Source: Eledone cirrhosa
Taxonomy: Eukaryota
Length of the DNA stretch: 64,000 nt
Direction: 5' to 3'
NCBI GenBank assembly: GCA_964016885.1
Contig: OZ024759.1
Location: 27,466,001 to 27,530,000, forward strand
A program made the position numbers and the translations under genes. Every line of letters starts with the position of its first letter. The stretch's first letter is position 1. Below are positions 1-12,195 of the stretch, piece by piece. The notes below the pieces were generated by a model. That model saw nothing but the letters and a program-made list of their open reading frames with translations, had not been told where the DNA came from and did not search any database.

Positions 1-53
1 TCAATCGATGTGTCAATATTATAAAGAAGAGAGATGGTTTTAAATGTACATCC

Positions 54-107
<54 letters not shown>

Positions 108-1381
108 ACTTAATTACATAAATATTCCATATTAAAGTATAAATTCAAAACGAAAGAAAACATTATAATTATGAAATCTTAATAAATATAATTATTTCTT
201 TATAAACAATATAATACACCAAAAAATATACAATCAAAGCAAGAAAAAAACCTAATTAATTCTACAGTAAGTGTATCGATTTGTCACACACGACATGGGG
301 GTGTCGGAACCTCCCTTTAAATATTGTATAAAGTTAGACTGTACACATGCAAACGTGTCTTGTGAAAGTTGGAATAAAAATAAACTATATCTACAAATAG
401 AATTATTTCCAGGTTGCTGCTAGAATTACACGATCGATCGGGTTTATTAAAATATATTTCCATGCCTAATCAAATAGTTTCTTTTCTTTAAACACCACTT
501 GACTGAAATGTCAATAAACAAAGGAAAATGAAATTACAGAAATATATTTATGGATGTATCCGCATTCAATGTTCAATCGGAGGTAACCACAGTAAGTAAG
601 GTACTCAATACATAGAGTATAAATATTGAATATAGAAATGGCTTTTACAGGACTAGAACTGTTTCATTCGAAGGAAATCATCAGTATAATTCAAGTAAAA
701 AAGATATATGTATATATATAGAGAGAGAAAGGACCATATCTCCGTGAGAAAACACAATATATTGTATATATTTCAAAGAAAAACATGTATTTTAGATGGA
801 ATCAAAAAAGTTTCCTCTAGCGCTATTGAGCTGGTTGATTGAGAAGCACAGCGATCAAACATATTTGTTATGTTTTGATTATATATATATAAATATAAAT
901 ATATATATATAAACCAACGATTTCGTTTGGTCCGGGCTAAATTGTTTAATACTCGCACATAATCCCGAACTTGCCAATAATAACTAGATGAGTGCGCTTT
1001 GAATCACGGACTGGCACTTCGGAAATGCAAGTCCTGTGAAATCATCGAGCGAATTGTAAGATTTAACGTACTAGCAAAAAATCAGTTTGTCTAGTTCGAT
1101 ACATTTTATATATATATATAAACAAAGAATGTGTGGTAAGATACCAGGTCGACCTTAGCGCACCACAGTGATCGATACTTAGGGTAGTAGAGTGGGTAAC
1201 AGGAAAAGAATGAGGACCCCGACGGTTGAGCTCCGGCCGTTTCGACAGCTAGATCCGATCTCAGTCCGAAACGGGCGAAGCTCAGCCGTCGGGGTCCTGA
1301 CTTTTATTTTATATACATATATATATATATATATACGTTGGGTGTTGAAATACAGGTAAAATAAATAAAATATTTACTAAC

Positions 1382-1513
1382 CACAGCATTAGAGAAATTA
1401 ATAACAGCAATGACTGACAGCATATACCATCGCCGCTTGTAAACTTTGTACTTGTCCATCGTAGGAATGATCACGTCTGTTGATATGACATTGCACGAGT
1501 TTGAATCAGCCAT
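1382..1513 (-). CDS. SLC49A3: First coding exon (44 codons) of an SLC49-family MFS transporter, closest to SLC49A3/MFSD7; the rest of the gene lies left of the window
   Basis: MADSNSC...YKVYKRRWYMLSVIAVINFSNAV matches the SLC49/FLVCR-family N-terminal Y-x-RRW + TM1 motif (NxSNA is typical of SLC49A3). Phase-0 donor GTG|GTTAGT at 1381. Context AAAATGG. Confidence 0.72.
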
Positions 1514-2409
1514 TTTGGCAAGTCACATGACGGTACTTAGAGTACACCGCTGAGTGTATGGGTTGGGGGGTCGAGTGGGTGTGTACGCTGTTAGATTAAC
1601 CATTCTGCTTAAACACAGAGATCCGTTGGCCGGGGGTGCCCATCTTCCTGCCAACAAATTGTTTTTACCTCCTTCAGGGCTTCTTAAGTTAACTAGCACA
1701 GGGCCGCATTTCTCCGAAATCTGATACTGGGTGTAGTGTGTGTACTGAGGCGTAACTAGCGAAAATTGTGCCTCTGGCAAGCTGTGAAATTGAGCCCCCA
1801 CCCAATGAAATTGTGACCCTGGTCATCTAATTTCCAGCCCTATGGAGGCCTAATAATTCATATATACAGGGTGGGCCAAAAGTCACTTCTTATTTTTTAA
1901 AATTCATAATCTTTTTTTATTATTAAAATATGATAGTGTTGTTGTTGTTGATGGTGGTGGTGGAGGGAAGCTTAGTATATCGAACACCAATATTTAACTG
2001 GTACTTTCTGTTATCGACCCCACCCACCCCTGGAAGAATAAAAGGTAAAGTTCACCTGGACTTAATATTTAAACTCTACTTCAGTATTGAGCACTCATTT
2101 CTCTCAGCCGTCGAGCCCTCTTTGGATTTTAGTCTTCAAATTTATTATTATTACTTTATATATATATATATGTGTGTGTATATTTCTTTAGAAATACGAA
2201 ATTCAATACATATATATATATATATATATATATTGTATGAGAGAAAAGAGTAGCCAATGTAAATATATACATACGTATGTATATATATAGAGAGAGGGGG
2301 AGGGAGAAAGGCGGATATTGTTATTTTAACCAATTAATCTGTTGTTGAAATCCAAACAAACAAACAAAAAGAAAAAGAAAATAGATATCGTTCGAGACTC
2401 AACGAAAAC

Positions 2410-2540
2410 AATTCTTCCGGATGTTTACTCGTTGCTATTGACAACGTAAGTGCGGGACTGTGAAGCAACAACATAACTAAACAATGCTGCTTCCGTGTTT
2501 ACTAAGAAAGTTTACGTACCTTGGGGTGTAACAGGTAATA
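2410..2540 (+). promoter_or_regulatory. Putative LRRIQ3 promoter/non-coding first exon with an RFX X-box-like site and ETS-like sites
   Basis: Unique CpG-containing stretch. GTTGCTATTGACAAC at 2431-2445 (X-box-like). CTTCCGG near 2414 and CTTCCGT near 2490. Candidate donors AAC|GTAAGT (2446) and CAG|GTAATA (2535). Confidence 0.5.
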
Positions 2541-3547
2541 TTTCACTTGTCTCAGTTAATTAGGGAGATTTTTTAATAAAAAGATCGATGGGAATCTGAT
2601 GACACGCTTAGTGGTATGAGTTTCGGTTCAAATCCCACCGAAGTCAGCTTTGTCTTTCACTCCTTTGAGGTCGATAAAAACAGTACCAGTTCACAGTACT
2701 GGGGTCAAATCTCTCTTTCTCTCTCTCTGAAGGAAATCGGTGGAGGTGATGATAGTAGTGGTGATGGTGGTGGTGGTGGTGATGGTAGTGTTGTTGATGG
2801 TACTGATGGTGGTAGTGTGGTGATGGTGATGGTTGTGGTGGTGGTGATGATGGTAGTGGTAGTAGTGGTGTTAATGATGGTGGCGATAGTGATTTCGAAT
2901 CCTGTCGAAGTAAACTTTGCCTTCCATCCTTACGGGGTCGATAAAATAAAGCACCTGTAATGCACTGGGATCGATTTAATCGCCTCTCCTTCTTCACCCA
3001 CTTATTCCTGGGAGGGTTTGTGGGGGAAGAGTCCTCAAACACTCCTTCCAACAGGTCCTGTCAGAAGCAACCATCTCCAATTGATCTGAGTGGATCCCCA
3101 AATGTGACTAGCCAAGCTTATGGTTGTTATCCAACCATCTTACTTAGGGTCTACCCCTGGTTCTCCTGCCAGCTGGTTTTGCCTATAAAATCTATCCAAC
3201 AAATCTTTCCTGGGAGATTCTAACTACATGCCCATAGTATCGGAGCAGTGATCTCTCAATTTGGAGAAGTAGCGGCTCTACCTGGAGTGACACTCTGATT
3301 TTACAGAAAATAATTTAGCAAATCTTTCCTGAGACATTCTAACTACATGCCCATATTATTGGAGCTGTGATCTCTCAATTCTGAGAAGTAGCAGCTCTAC
3401 CTGGAGTGACACTCTGATCTCCGAGCTACGCACTTTATCGGGTGATGTTACTCTTCCCTTCAAATTGCTGGCCTTGTGCCTAAAGTTGAAACAATTATTT
3501 ATACTTTACAGAACATAATTTAGCAGCTGCAGAGAAACTTGCTGAAG

Positions 3548-3898
3548 ATGAGTAGTGACAATGTTGGTCAGAGAATCTTCATGTGGGAAATAGAAGACAG
3601 TAAAAACTCGAACAACTTGAAGATAAGAAAACCAGAGAAATTAGCAATGAGAGAGAAATATTTCCAAGATGTGACTCTGGAGTTTCTTTGGGAGAAATTT
3701 ATTGATAATGATAGTCACGTTGTCTTTGACAAACTCTCAGTGCTGTCTTTCCGCAACCACCATCTACAAAGATTAGGAGATTTGAGCAAGCTGGTCTCAA
3801 ATTTACGAGTTTGTAATCTGTCCAGTAATTTCCTGAGAGATATTACAGGTATCCTGACTTGTGTTAATCTACAGAAATTGGATATTAATGGCAACCAG
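3548..3898 (+). CDS. LRRIQ3: LRRIQ3 coding exon 1 (LRR domain)
   Basis: Acceptor CTTTACAG ends at 3511, ATG at 3548. LRRs NLRVCNLSSNFLRDI and NLQKLDINGNQ. Donor CAG|GTAAGT, phase 0. Confidence 0.9.
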
Positions 3899-3973
3899 GT
3901 AAGTCATTTTCATCATCACCATCATCATCATCATCACAATAACCATCAACATCATCATCATCACCAGTTCACC

Positions 3974-4405
3974 CTGTAAAGTGGTAGTGCTGGTGATATG
4001 ACAAAAGCTTCCAGTACATGCTGTAAAGTGGTTGTGCTGGTGATAAGACAAAAGCTCCTAGTACATGCTGTAAAGTGGTAGCGCTGGTGATATGACAAAA
4101 GCTTCCAGTACATGCTGTAAAGTGGTAGTGCTGGTGATAAGACAAAAGCTCCTTGTATATGCTGTAAGGTGGTAGTGCTGGTGATATGACAAAAGCTTCC
4201 AGTACATGCTGTAAAGTGGTTGTGCTGGTGATAAGACAAAAGCTCCTAGTACATGCTGTAAAGTGGTAGCGCTGGTGATATGACAAAAGCTTCCAGTACA
4301 TGCTGTAAAGTGGTAGTGCTGGTGATAAGACAAAAGCTCCTTGTATATGCTGTAAGGTGGTAGTGCTGGTGATAAGACAAAAGCTCCCAGTACATGCTGT
4401 AAAGT
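3974..4405. repeat. 47-bp minisatellite, about 9 units, in a LRRIQ3 intron
   Basis: Unit CTGTAAAGTGGTAGTGCTGGTGATATGACAAAAGCTTCCAGTACATG. Confidence 0.95.
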
Positions 4406-4599
4406 GGATGATGGTGGTGGTGGTGGTGGTGGTGGTGGTGGTGGTGATGATGGTGGTGGTAATGGTGATGATGGTGGTGGTGGTAATGGAGATGCTAGTG
4501 ATGGTGATGATGATGGTGATGATGACGATGATCGTGGTTTTTACCTGCTTTCCCATAATACATTCTTCATTTTAACCTTATCTATTTCTATCTCCTTAG

Positions 4600-4923
4600 A
4601 TCTCCCATCTTCCTGACCAGCAACACTGGTCAAACATGCAACACCTGGAATTTCTTTATCTGCATGACAACGCCGTTGCAAGTTTGGAAGACGTGGAGAA
4701 CATATCTGGTTGTCCGAATCTTCTTGCTCTCACCTTATATGACACACCACTAAGTCTACAGGGCATCTACCGTTACTGCACTGTCAACAGCATAAAGTCA
4801 TTGAAGGCTTTAGATCAATTTGTGATTGCAGACGAAGAGGTTATTGATCACCTAAATCATTCAGATCGATATGCTGCCTTTCGGAAAGAACTCAAAGTTG
4901 ACCTTTATCCAGCACAGACACAG
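4600..4923 (+). CDS. LRRIQ3: LRRIQ3 coding exon 2 (LRR and LRR cap)
   Basis: Acceptor CTCCTTAG. ISHLPDQQHWSNMQHLEFLYLHDN...CPNLLALTLYDTPLSLQGIYRYCTVNSIKSLKALDQFVIADEEVI closely resembles vertebrate LRRIQ3 as I recall it. Donor CAG|GTAATT, phase 0. Confidence 0.92.
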
Positions 4924-4979
4924 GTAATTCTTAACTATTGTCCAGTAGGAGATTGCCAAGTGTGAGCAGCTTGGGATAG

Positions 4980-5555
4980 AGCTGGTACCACAATAATATG
5001 CACCCAGTCCACTCTGTAAAGTGGTAGTGCTGGTACCACAGTAATATGGACCTAGTTTACACTGTAGAGTGATAGTGTTAGTGCCACAATAGTATGCACC
5101 GAGTCCACTCTGTAAAGTGGTAGTGCTGGTACCACAGTAGTATGCACTCAGTCCACTCTGTAAAATGATAGTGCTGGTACCACAATAAAATGCACACAGC
5201 CTGTACTGTAAAGTGGTAGTGCTGGTACGACAATAAAATGCACAATAATATGCACCCAGTCCACTCTGTAAAGTGGTAGTGCTGGTACCACAGTAATATG
5301 GACCTAGTGTACACTGTAGAGTGTTAGTGCCACAATAGGATGCACCGAGTCCACTCTGTAAAGTGGTACTGCTGGTACCACAGTAGTATGCACTCACTCC
5401 ACTCTGTAAAGTGAAAGTGATGGTACCGCAATAAAATGCACACAGCCTGTACTGTAAAGTGGTAGTGCTGGTACGACAATAAAATGCACATGGCCTATAC
5501 TGTAAAATGGTAGTGCTGGTACTACAATAAAATGCACACAGCCTGTACTGTAAAT
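4980..5555. repeat. 48-bp minisatellite, about 12 units, in a LRRIQ3 intron
   Basis: Unit CTGTAAAGTGGTAGTGCTGGTACCACAGTAATATGCACCCAGTCCACT and variants. Confidence 0.93.
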
Positions 5556-5670
5556 TTCAAATACACTCACACTTCATCATTTTCAAGGTACCCAATGTTT
5601 ATTTAGTAATCTTGGTAATCTTTTTTCCAAATTCTTTAATAGCTAATTTAAATTCAGTGTATTTCTTTAG

Positions 5671-5837
5671 AAAAATGGTAACCAAGGAGCTAGCCTTCCA
5701 TGTCATCAGCTCCCTTCTGCTGTGAATGAATTTGAACTTATAAAAAATATAAGAAAAAGAATTAATGGCATAATCTCTCATCACAGCCCTGTGGTCATAA
5801 TTCAGAAATATATACGAGGCTATCTTTCTCGATGTCG
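5671..5837 (+). CDS. LRRIQ3: LRRIQ3 coding exon 3 (IQ motif); alternative in-frame acceptor at 5710
   Basis: INGIISHHSPVVIIQKYIRGYLSR is an IQ motif. Acceptors TTTCTTTAG (5670) and CATCAG (5709) are both in frame. Donor CG|GTCAGT, phase 2. Confidence 0.85.
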
Positions 5838-5939
5838 GTCAGTTAATGTTACATTTCTATATTTTTCATTTAAAGACAAAAGAAAATGTTTTTTCTTTAA
5901 ATTTGTTTAACCTCTTCAGATAACTCGCCCGAACATGTT

Positions 5940-6078
5940 TGAACTCTTTTCCAACAGTTCTAACTTCAAAGTTATGAACTCGTTTCCAACAGTTCATAAC
6001 TTCAAAGTTATGAACTCGTTTCCAACAGTTCATAACTTCAAAGTTATGAACTCGTTTCCAACAGTTCATAACTTCAAA
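5940..6078. repeat. 36-bp tandem repeat (about 4 units) of a hairpin-forming unit
   Basis: TTCAAAGTTATGAACTCGTTTCCAACAGTTCATAAC; AAGTTATGAACT pairs with AGTTCATAACTT. Confidence 0.9.
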
Positions 6079-6550
6079 GCTAGATGGAATTACTAGTTTA
6101 TTGATGTGACGTTTGTCAATCATTCAGATATGTGTTGTTAATAAATGTTTGTTTAAAAAAATAGTCATTTTACTGAAAAAACACCCAGCACAGCTACTGT
6201 AACTGTGTAAAATATATGCGGCAGTCAACAGGTTAAATGGGTTGCCATCACTTTTCTTATAACCTTATTGAATTACGAGGCTATCTTAGTTTGGTGCAAG
6301 GAATTGGAATTGAAAAGTTATACATACAGGTATTAAACTGAAAAATTCTAACCACCCTAAAAATAAAAAGCCCAGCTAAGGGCACAAATAAATTGCTACG
6401 GCCCCACTGCAAGGTGCCCGGGGCAATTTCCTCCTTTGCTCCCCATTAAATCTGCCCTGAAATTTTCTTGAGTTTCTGCTACAGAAACAACTATTTCTTT
6501 TAAAGCTTCTGCTTGTTTTAGTGTAACTAAACTGTCAACAAATCATTTAA

Positions 6551-6770
6551 CCCTTTAGTATTTACATTATTCTATATTTTCTATTGCATTTTCACAGTAA
6601 AGGCTTTATTTCACATAATTATTTCACATAATATCGAATCTATGAGATTTTACTATTGTTTATCTTGCTAACAATACCTTAACGTAATTATGAGGGCCGG
6701 TTATGGCCAGTTTGAACAGAAAGAGGTGAGAGAATTCTGGCTGGATATGACCGGTTTAAATACTAAAGGG
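6551..6770. mobile_element. piggyBac-type MITE in a LRRIQ3 intron (degenerate sister copy at 7201-7372)
   Basis: TTAA|CCCTTTAGTATTTA ... TAAATACTAAAGGG|TTAA: 14-bp TIR and TTAA target site. Confidence 0.85.
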
Positions 6771-6850
6771 TTAAGACACACTTACAAAACTTATCTTGAA
6801 TTTCTGCCATAACAACAGTTATTTTTTTTAATAGCTTTTATTTATTTTAG

Positions 6851-7025
6851 TGTAACTAAACTGAAGGCAAAACATTTGAGGTCAACAGATCCTTTCAAAC
6901 TATATGGCTCAAAGTCTCTTTCTGAATTGCCACCACTTGAAGAAATGAAACACCAAACAGAGAAAAAGCAGAAATTACTCCACCCAAAACAAGATTTCAA
7001 GTTGGTTCCTATTCCCAGTTTAAAT
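6851..7025 (+). CDS. LRRIQ3: LRRIQ3 coding exon 4
   Basis: Acceptor TTTATTTTAG is phase-2 compatible. Open frame VTKLKAKHLRSTDPFKLYG...LVPIPSLN. Donor AAT|GTACGT, phase 0, compatible with the next exon. Confidence 0.72.
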
Positions 7026-7634
7026 GTACGTAAATTTTAACTTCAGTTCAAGTCAGTTCCTATTCCCAGTTTAAATGTATGTAAAATTTAATACTGTTTG
7101 AACAGTATAGTGTCTAAGGTTCCTAAACAATATCAAATATTATAAATATAGAAAAACATTTACTAAAATATTTTACAAATATTGTTAAACACAAGTTTAA
7201 CTCTTGAACATTTACAGTACTCTATATATACCATTGTATTTTCGCAGTAAAGGCTTTACCTCAAATCATTATCTCGTATAATATTGAATCTATGAGATTT
7301 TGATATGGCCATTTTGTACAGAAAGAGGTGAGAGAATTTTGGCTGGATATGCCCGGTTTAAATGCTAAAGGGTTAAATAACGAGACAGTTGGTTATATTA
7401 CTAAATCCCTCCAAATTCTTGATTATTTTCTAAATTATTAGGAAATCATAAACAGTGTCTTTCATTATAAATATGGTAACGAAAGGATTAAATGTAAAAG
7501 GAAAAATTAGCAGAAAAATATTTTCTAAAAGAAAAAATATTAAATATTAAAAATAATTTTATATCTTCATACCTTCTGATAATAAATATTTTTTTTTAAT
7601 ATATATATATATATTTATTTTTGTGTCTTTCTAG

Positions 7635-8609
7635 AAAATTCTAAATCCTACTCGAATCAAATCCCCTGATTATAGCCAGTTTTCTTTCAAGGCACTAGCA
7701 AACATAAATGGCAACAATTGTGGTTTTTATCAAAACATACTTAAAACGGATTATCGTGATAAAGAAAAGAACAGCATCATATTGAAAAACAAGAAGAATG
7801 CAAAATATAAAAATCAAACTACAAACTTCCTGCGTGAAACTCTGGATGTGGGGGAGTCTGGTGAATATTTTCATTTCAATTTTACTGGCGAAGATGTACC
7901 GATTTCAACAATGCATTTGCAGGGACGCAGTAAGCCAATTCACAAAGTTTATGCATTCACCAATCTTACATTAGAAAATCATCTTATTAGCACAGCTATA
8001 AAAACAGCACACAGCCAATACCACCAAGTAGCCAATGTGCCAAAGCCAGAATCACTGAAAGTGCCAGTGGATTTGGATGTGATTATGTCAGAGAGGAAAC
8101 AGTTAAGAAAAGAAAAAATGTATAACAGACTTTTCAAACATGTCAGCAAATCTTGTATCTTTTCAGTTCAGCAGGCATATGAAGAACACAGACTGGCTGA
8201 AAAGAAGCAGATACAACGGAACGAGATATACCAGAGAAAGATAGAAGAGCAATTAAAAAAACAGAAACGAAAAGAAATCAAACTTAAGAAACATTGTCAG
8301 CAATTGGCAAAAAATGAAGAGGAAAAAACAGAGTTGAATAAAATAATTGAGAAAAAAGATTTAGAGAAGCAGCAGCATTTCACAGAGTTGCAAATGAAAA
8401 AGCTTGATTTTTCTAAGGTAAAATCTGAGATGGAGGCAGAAAGAAAGTTTGTCATGGATTTTTCCTGTAAGCATATGTCTATATCGAGGACTCTGATGCA
8501 ACACAACGAGAGCCAAGTGACATTTTCACAAAAATCTTTTTGTGAAAAACAACAACAAGAGCAACAGGATTCCATAATGGATCATTATTATCAACAGAGG
8601 AGGAAGTAA
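7635..8609 (+). CDS. LRRIQ3: LRRIQ3 coding exon 5 (E/K/Q-rich coiled-coil C-terminus, probable last exon)
   Basis: Acceptor TGTCTTTCTAG. In frame with the 275-aa ORF. TAA at 8607-8609 overlaps a possible GTAAGC donor. AATAAA near 8858. Confidence 0.8.
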   Translation, partial: KILNPTRIKSPDYSQFSFKALANINGNNCGFYQNILKTDYRDKEKNSIILKNKKNAKYKNQTTNFLRETLDVGESGEYFHFNFTGEDVPISTMHLQGRSKPIHKVYAFTNLTLENHLISTAIKTAHSQYHQVANVPKPESLKVPVDLDVIMSERKQLRKEKMYNRLFKHVSKSCIFSVQQAYEEHRLAEKKQIQRNEIYQRKIEEQLKKQKRKEIKLKKHCQQLAKNEEEKTELNKIIEKKDLEKQQHFTELQMKKLDFSKVKSEMEAERKFVMDFSCKHMSISRTLMQHNESQVTFSQKSFCEKQQQEQQDSIMDHYYQQRRK

Positions 8610-9242
8610 GCTGAGAACTATTGTGCCAAATATCAACTTCAAACTCCCCAGTGTCTAGCCAAATAGCCAAATTAAATGAGCAGAATATATAAAAGACAAG
8701 CCATGAGAAAGAAGAGTAGCTACAAGTCCATTGGCAATAGTAAGTTTGAAGGAAAAGTCACTTGAAGAACACAGCTGACAGACATCTGGCAATGAAACAC
8801 CTTGTGCCAAAAGTAGAAACAATTATTATCTCATGGATAAAATCTTTAAAATTCAGAAATAAAAAAAATATTTAAATAATTGAAAAATTAGAAGAAAATA
8901 AAATGAAAAAAAAAACACTTGGTTATTGTTAGCTGGTACTTTATTTTATCAAGCTCCAAAGAACAAAGGACAAAAGACAAAATTGACCTGTAGAGTGTTT
9001 AGGTGTGTAATATCAAGCCCTCGTGGTATTCTGGGAACCGACAATAAGAACAAATAATATTAGCAATCTTAATGTTAAATTTTAATGTAAGAATTGGAAG
9101 AATAGGTTCAATGTATATTGCATAGAAAATTTGGGTTTTTTTTTTTATTGGAGGAAAATAAAAAATAAAACAAAACAAATCAAAGATTAAAAATAAAATT
9201 AGAATTAGGTTTTTCGCTCTAACACAGTGGATACGTAAATGC

Positions 9243-9449
9243 ATTCATGAGTTTTATATTGAATAATTATATTTGATACGTTTGCAAGCAAACAGCCTCA
9301 TTATACTGTTTTTTAGATGACCATTGCTATCCTTTTATTGTCACCACTAGAACAAAAGGATGGCAATGGCCATCTCAAAAACAGTATAATGAGGCTGTTT
9401 GCTTGCAAACGAATCAAATACTATTATTTGATAAAAAAAACTTATGAAT
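9243..9449. repeat. Fold-back inverted repeat of about 205 bp
   Basis: CGTTTGCAAGCAAACAGCCTCATTATACTGTTTTT pairs perfectly with AAAAACAGTATAATGAGGCTGTTTGCTTGCAAACG; the arms extend further with mismatches. Confidence 0.92.
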
Positions 9450-11629
9450 ACAAATCAAAGATTATTATAGAATAAATTGTATTTAAAATAAAAAAAAAAA
9501 TAAAAATTTAAATATAATAATTGTTTCTACATTTAGTGTAAGGCCAGTAATATGAAGGAAGGGGGAAAAGTCAATTAAAGCAGCCCCAGTGTGTTACTGG
9601 TACATTATTTTAGCAACCCTGTAAGGATGAAAGGCAAAGCTAACCTCAGCAGGATTTGAACTCAGAATATATATCGCAGTAACTATATGCTGCAAAGCAT
9701 ATTGTCCAACACTCTACTGATTACTGCCAATACATCACCTTTAAATATACATGAGCACATACATGCATACATGAGAACATACATAATACCTGAGCACACA
9801 CACACACACGAGAACATGCAAACATACATCCCTGAGCACATGCACGCATACATACATGAGCACACACATACATGAGCACACATATATATATATGGAGAGA
9901 GAGAGAGACTAAAGAGTTACATGTGTGTCTGTGGCTGCAGGTTCTTAAGTCTTACTCATGATATATAATTTATTATACAGGTTACAGTGCCTCTGCTTAA
10001 TAAAAGAAGAAAGGACAGACAGAAATACAATTGTAACTAAAGCAAGCCAACCTTATCTGAGCTTGCTTCTCTTTAACAAACAAAATAAACACAACTTGCT
10101 TGCTTGGTTGTTGTACCAAAGTTGTAAATCCAGTTTCTTTTTCTGAATAGAATAAAATATTTTTATTGAAAGAGAGAGGGTCTTTGGAGTAACATTACTC
10201 AATAAAGTGTGTAACTTGGAGATCAGAGTTACTCCAGGTAGAGCCACTACTTCTCCGAATTGAAAGATCACAGCTCAGATACTATGGGCATGTGGTAAGA
10301 ATGTCTCAGGAAAGAATCGCTGGACAGATTTTACGGGCAAAACGAACTGGCATGAGACCTAGGGGTAGACCCCCCCAGCAAGATGGACCCAGATGCTTTG
10401 TTTCCTATCATCCATAACAAACTATCTTTATCATGCATGACAGACAGTCTTAGAAACATTGAAACACACAAGGCTTTCTTCCTGGTTCGAAAACTACTTA
10501 AGCCCCTGCTCATAGGATATACCTGCTTGATATACACAAAAAAAATTAGAATACAGGGCAAACCCCCCAATTTTACATACCAAAGTCAGCTTGGCGCAAG
10601 TAACTGGAATTGAAAAGTTATACATACAGGTATTAAATAAAAAAAAATCTAATCATCCTAAAACTAAAAGGCCCAGCTGAGGGCACAAATAAATTGCTAC
10701 TGACATCACTGCAAGGACCTCGGTATAAATAGGCCTGCTTACCTGTAAGATAAAATAGAGGGACATCTGGGTGCTTGATCTCTCATTTATCTTTTCCTTG
10801 TCTTCACTGGGCTTGTCTGTCTGTCTGTCACTCTTGTTAGACTCCTCCCCATCTAGCACAAGTTTGTCTTCACACACTTATTCCTGAGCGGATCATGGAG
10901 GCAGAGTCCTGTCAGAAGCAACCGTCTCCAATTGATCTGGCTATGTTTATCACAACAGTCAGGCCATCGTTCCAAGATATAGAAGACACTCTATCTGAGT
11001 GGGCATTGGTATATGGGGAAGGGTTCATTCTTAAGTTGAAGGAGAATCAAAGGACAACATGGTACAACATTTCTGGTAAGGATAGTGGCGGGAATCATTA
11101 AAGATAGTGACTAATGTGACAGGAGTTTCATACTTTTAGCAAGATGTCCAAGACCAAGGGAGTGGGTTAATGCTTCCGCTTGCCCTCCCATCTGCTGTGA
11201 CCCTCCTCAGCTCTTAACTGTCTGTGTCAGTGGTCCCACCATCCCACCAATGCTGTGACCCTTCTTAGCCCTGAAGAACTGTCCGTCTCAGTGGTCCCAC
11301 CATCAGCTGTAAACCTCCTTATCTTCATTGCAAAATACTGCATACCATTTCATCCAATGCACTGACAATTCTGACAACCCACTGCCCTAACCCTGGCAAC
11401 CTACTGCCCTAACCCTTCAATGACACATGTATGCTCCAGTCTTTGTGATATTAATATTAACAAAAGATAATCCTGACACAAGTGACCACCACCATTTAAT
11501 GTCTGTTTTCCTTGCTAGTAAGGGTTAGTCTGATGATGTTGATGGTAATTTGGGGGCAGAATTTTTCTGCTTGGATACATTTCCTATCCACCAACCAATT
11601 TAGTTTCGACTGGATGCATTTTATTTTGC

Positions 11630-12195
11630 TACCAGCACAAGAGAGACTGTTTGACAAGACTTACGAGGGGAGGGGCTGCCCTCTCTACCCTGTATCAGTT
11701 CTTATATAGAATGACTGCTCTCCTACCAGCACAAGGTGTCTAACGAAACTTGAGGTGACCTCTCTACCCTGTCTCCGTTTTTATAGAGTGAATGCTCTCC
11801 TACCACCACAAGGTGTCTAACGAAACTTAAAGCGTCCTCTCTACCCTGTAACAGTTTTTATAGTGACTACTCTCCTACTAGCACAAGAGGTGTCTAACGA
11901 AACTTAAAGCGTCCTCTCTACCCTGTAACAGTTTTTATAGTGACTACTCTCCCACTAGCACAAGAGGTGTCTAACGAAACTTGAGGCGTCCTCTCTACCC
12001 TGTATCAGTTATTATAGTGTGACTGCTCTCCTACCATCACAAGAGGTGTCTAACGAAACTTGGGGCGTCCTCTCAAACATGTATCAGTTATTATAGTGTG
12101 ACTGCTCTCCTACCATCACAAGAGGTCTAACAAAACTTGGTCGGGGGTCCTCTCTATCCCGTATCCGTTTTTATAGAGTGGCTGCTTTCCTAGAC
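11630..12195. repeat. 77-79-bp tandem repeat, about 7 units
   Basis: GGTGTCTAACGAAACTT recurs at 11735, 11812, 11889, 11966 and 12045. Confidence 0.92.

Noticed and set aside
1866-1930. Additional Tc1/mariner element starting TACAGGGTGGGCCAAAAGTCAC
   Set aside because: Only one TIR-like end is visible; no partner TIR or coding remnant.
5940-6078. CRISPR array (36-bp palindromic repeats)
   Set aside because: Units are head-to-tail with no unique spacers, there are no cas genes, and the context is a eukaryotic intron.
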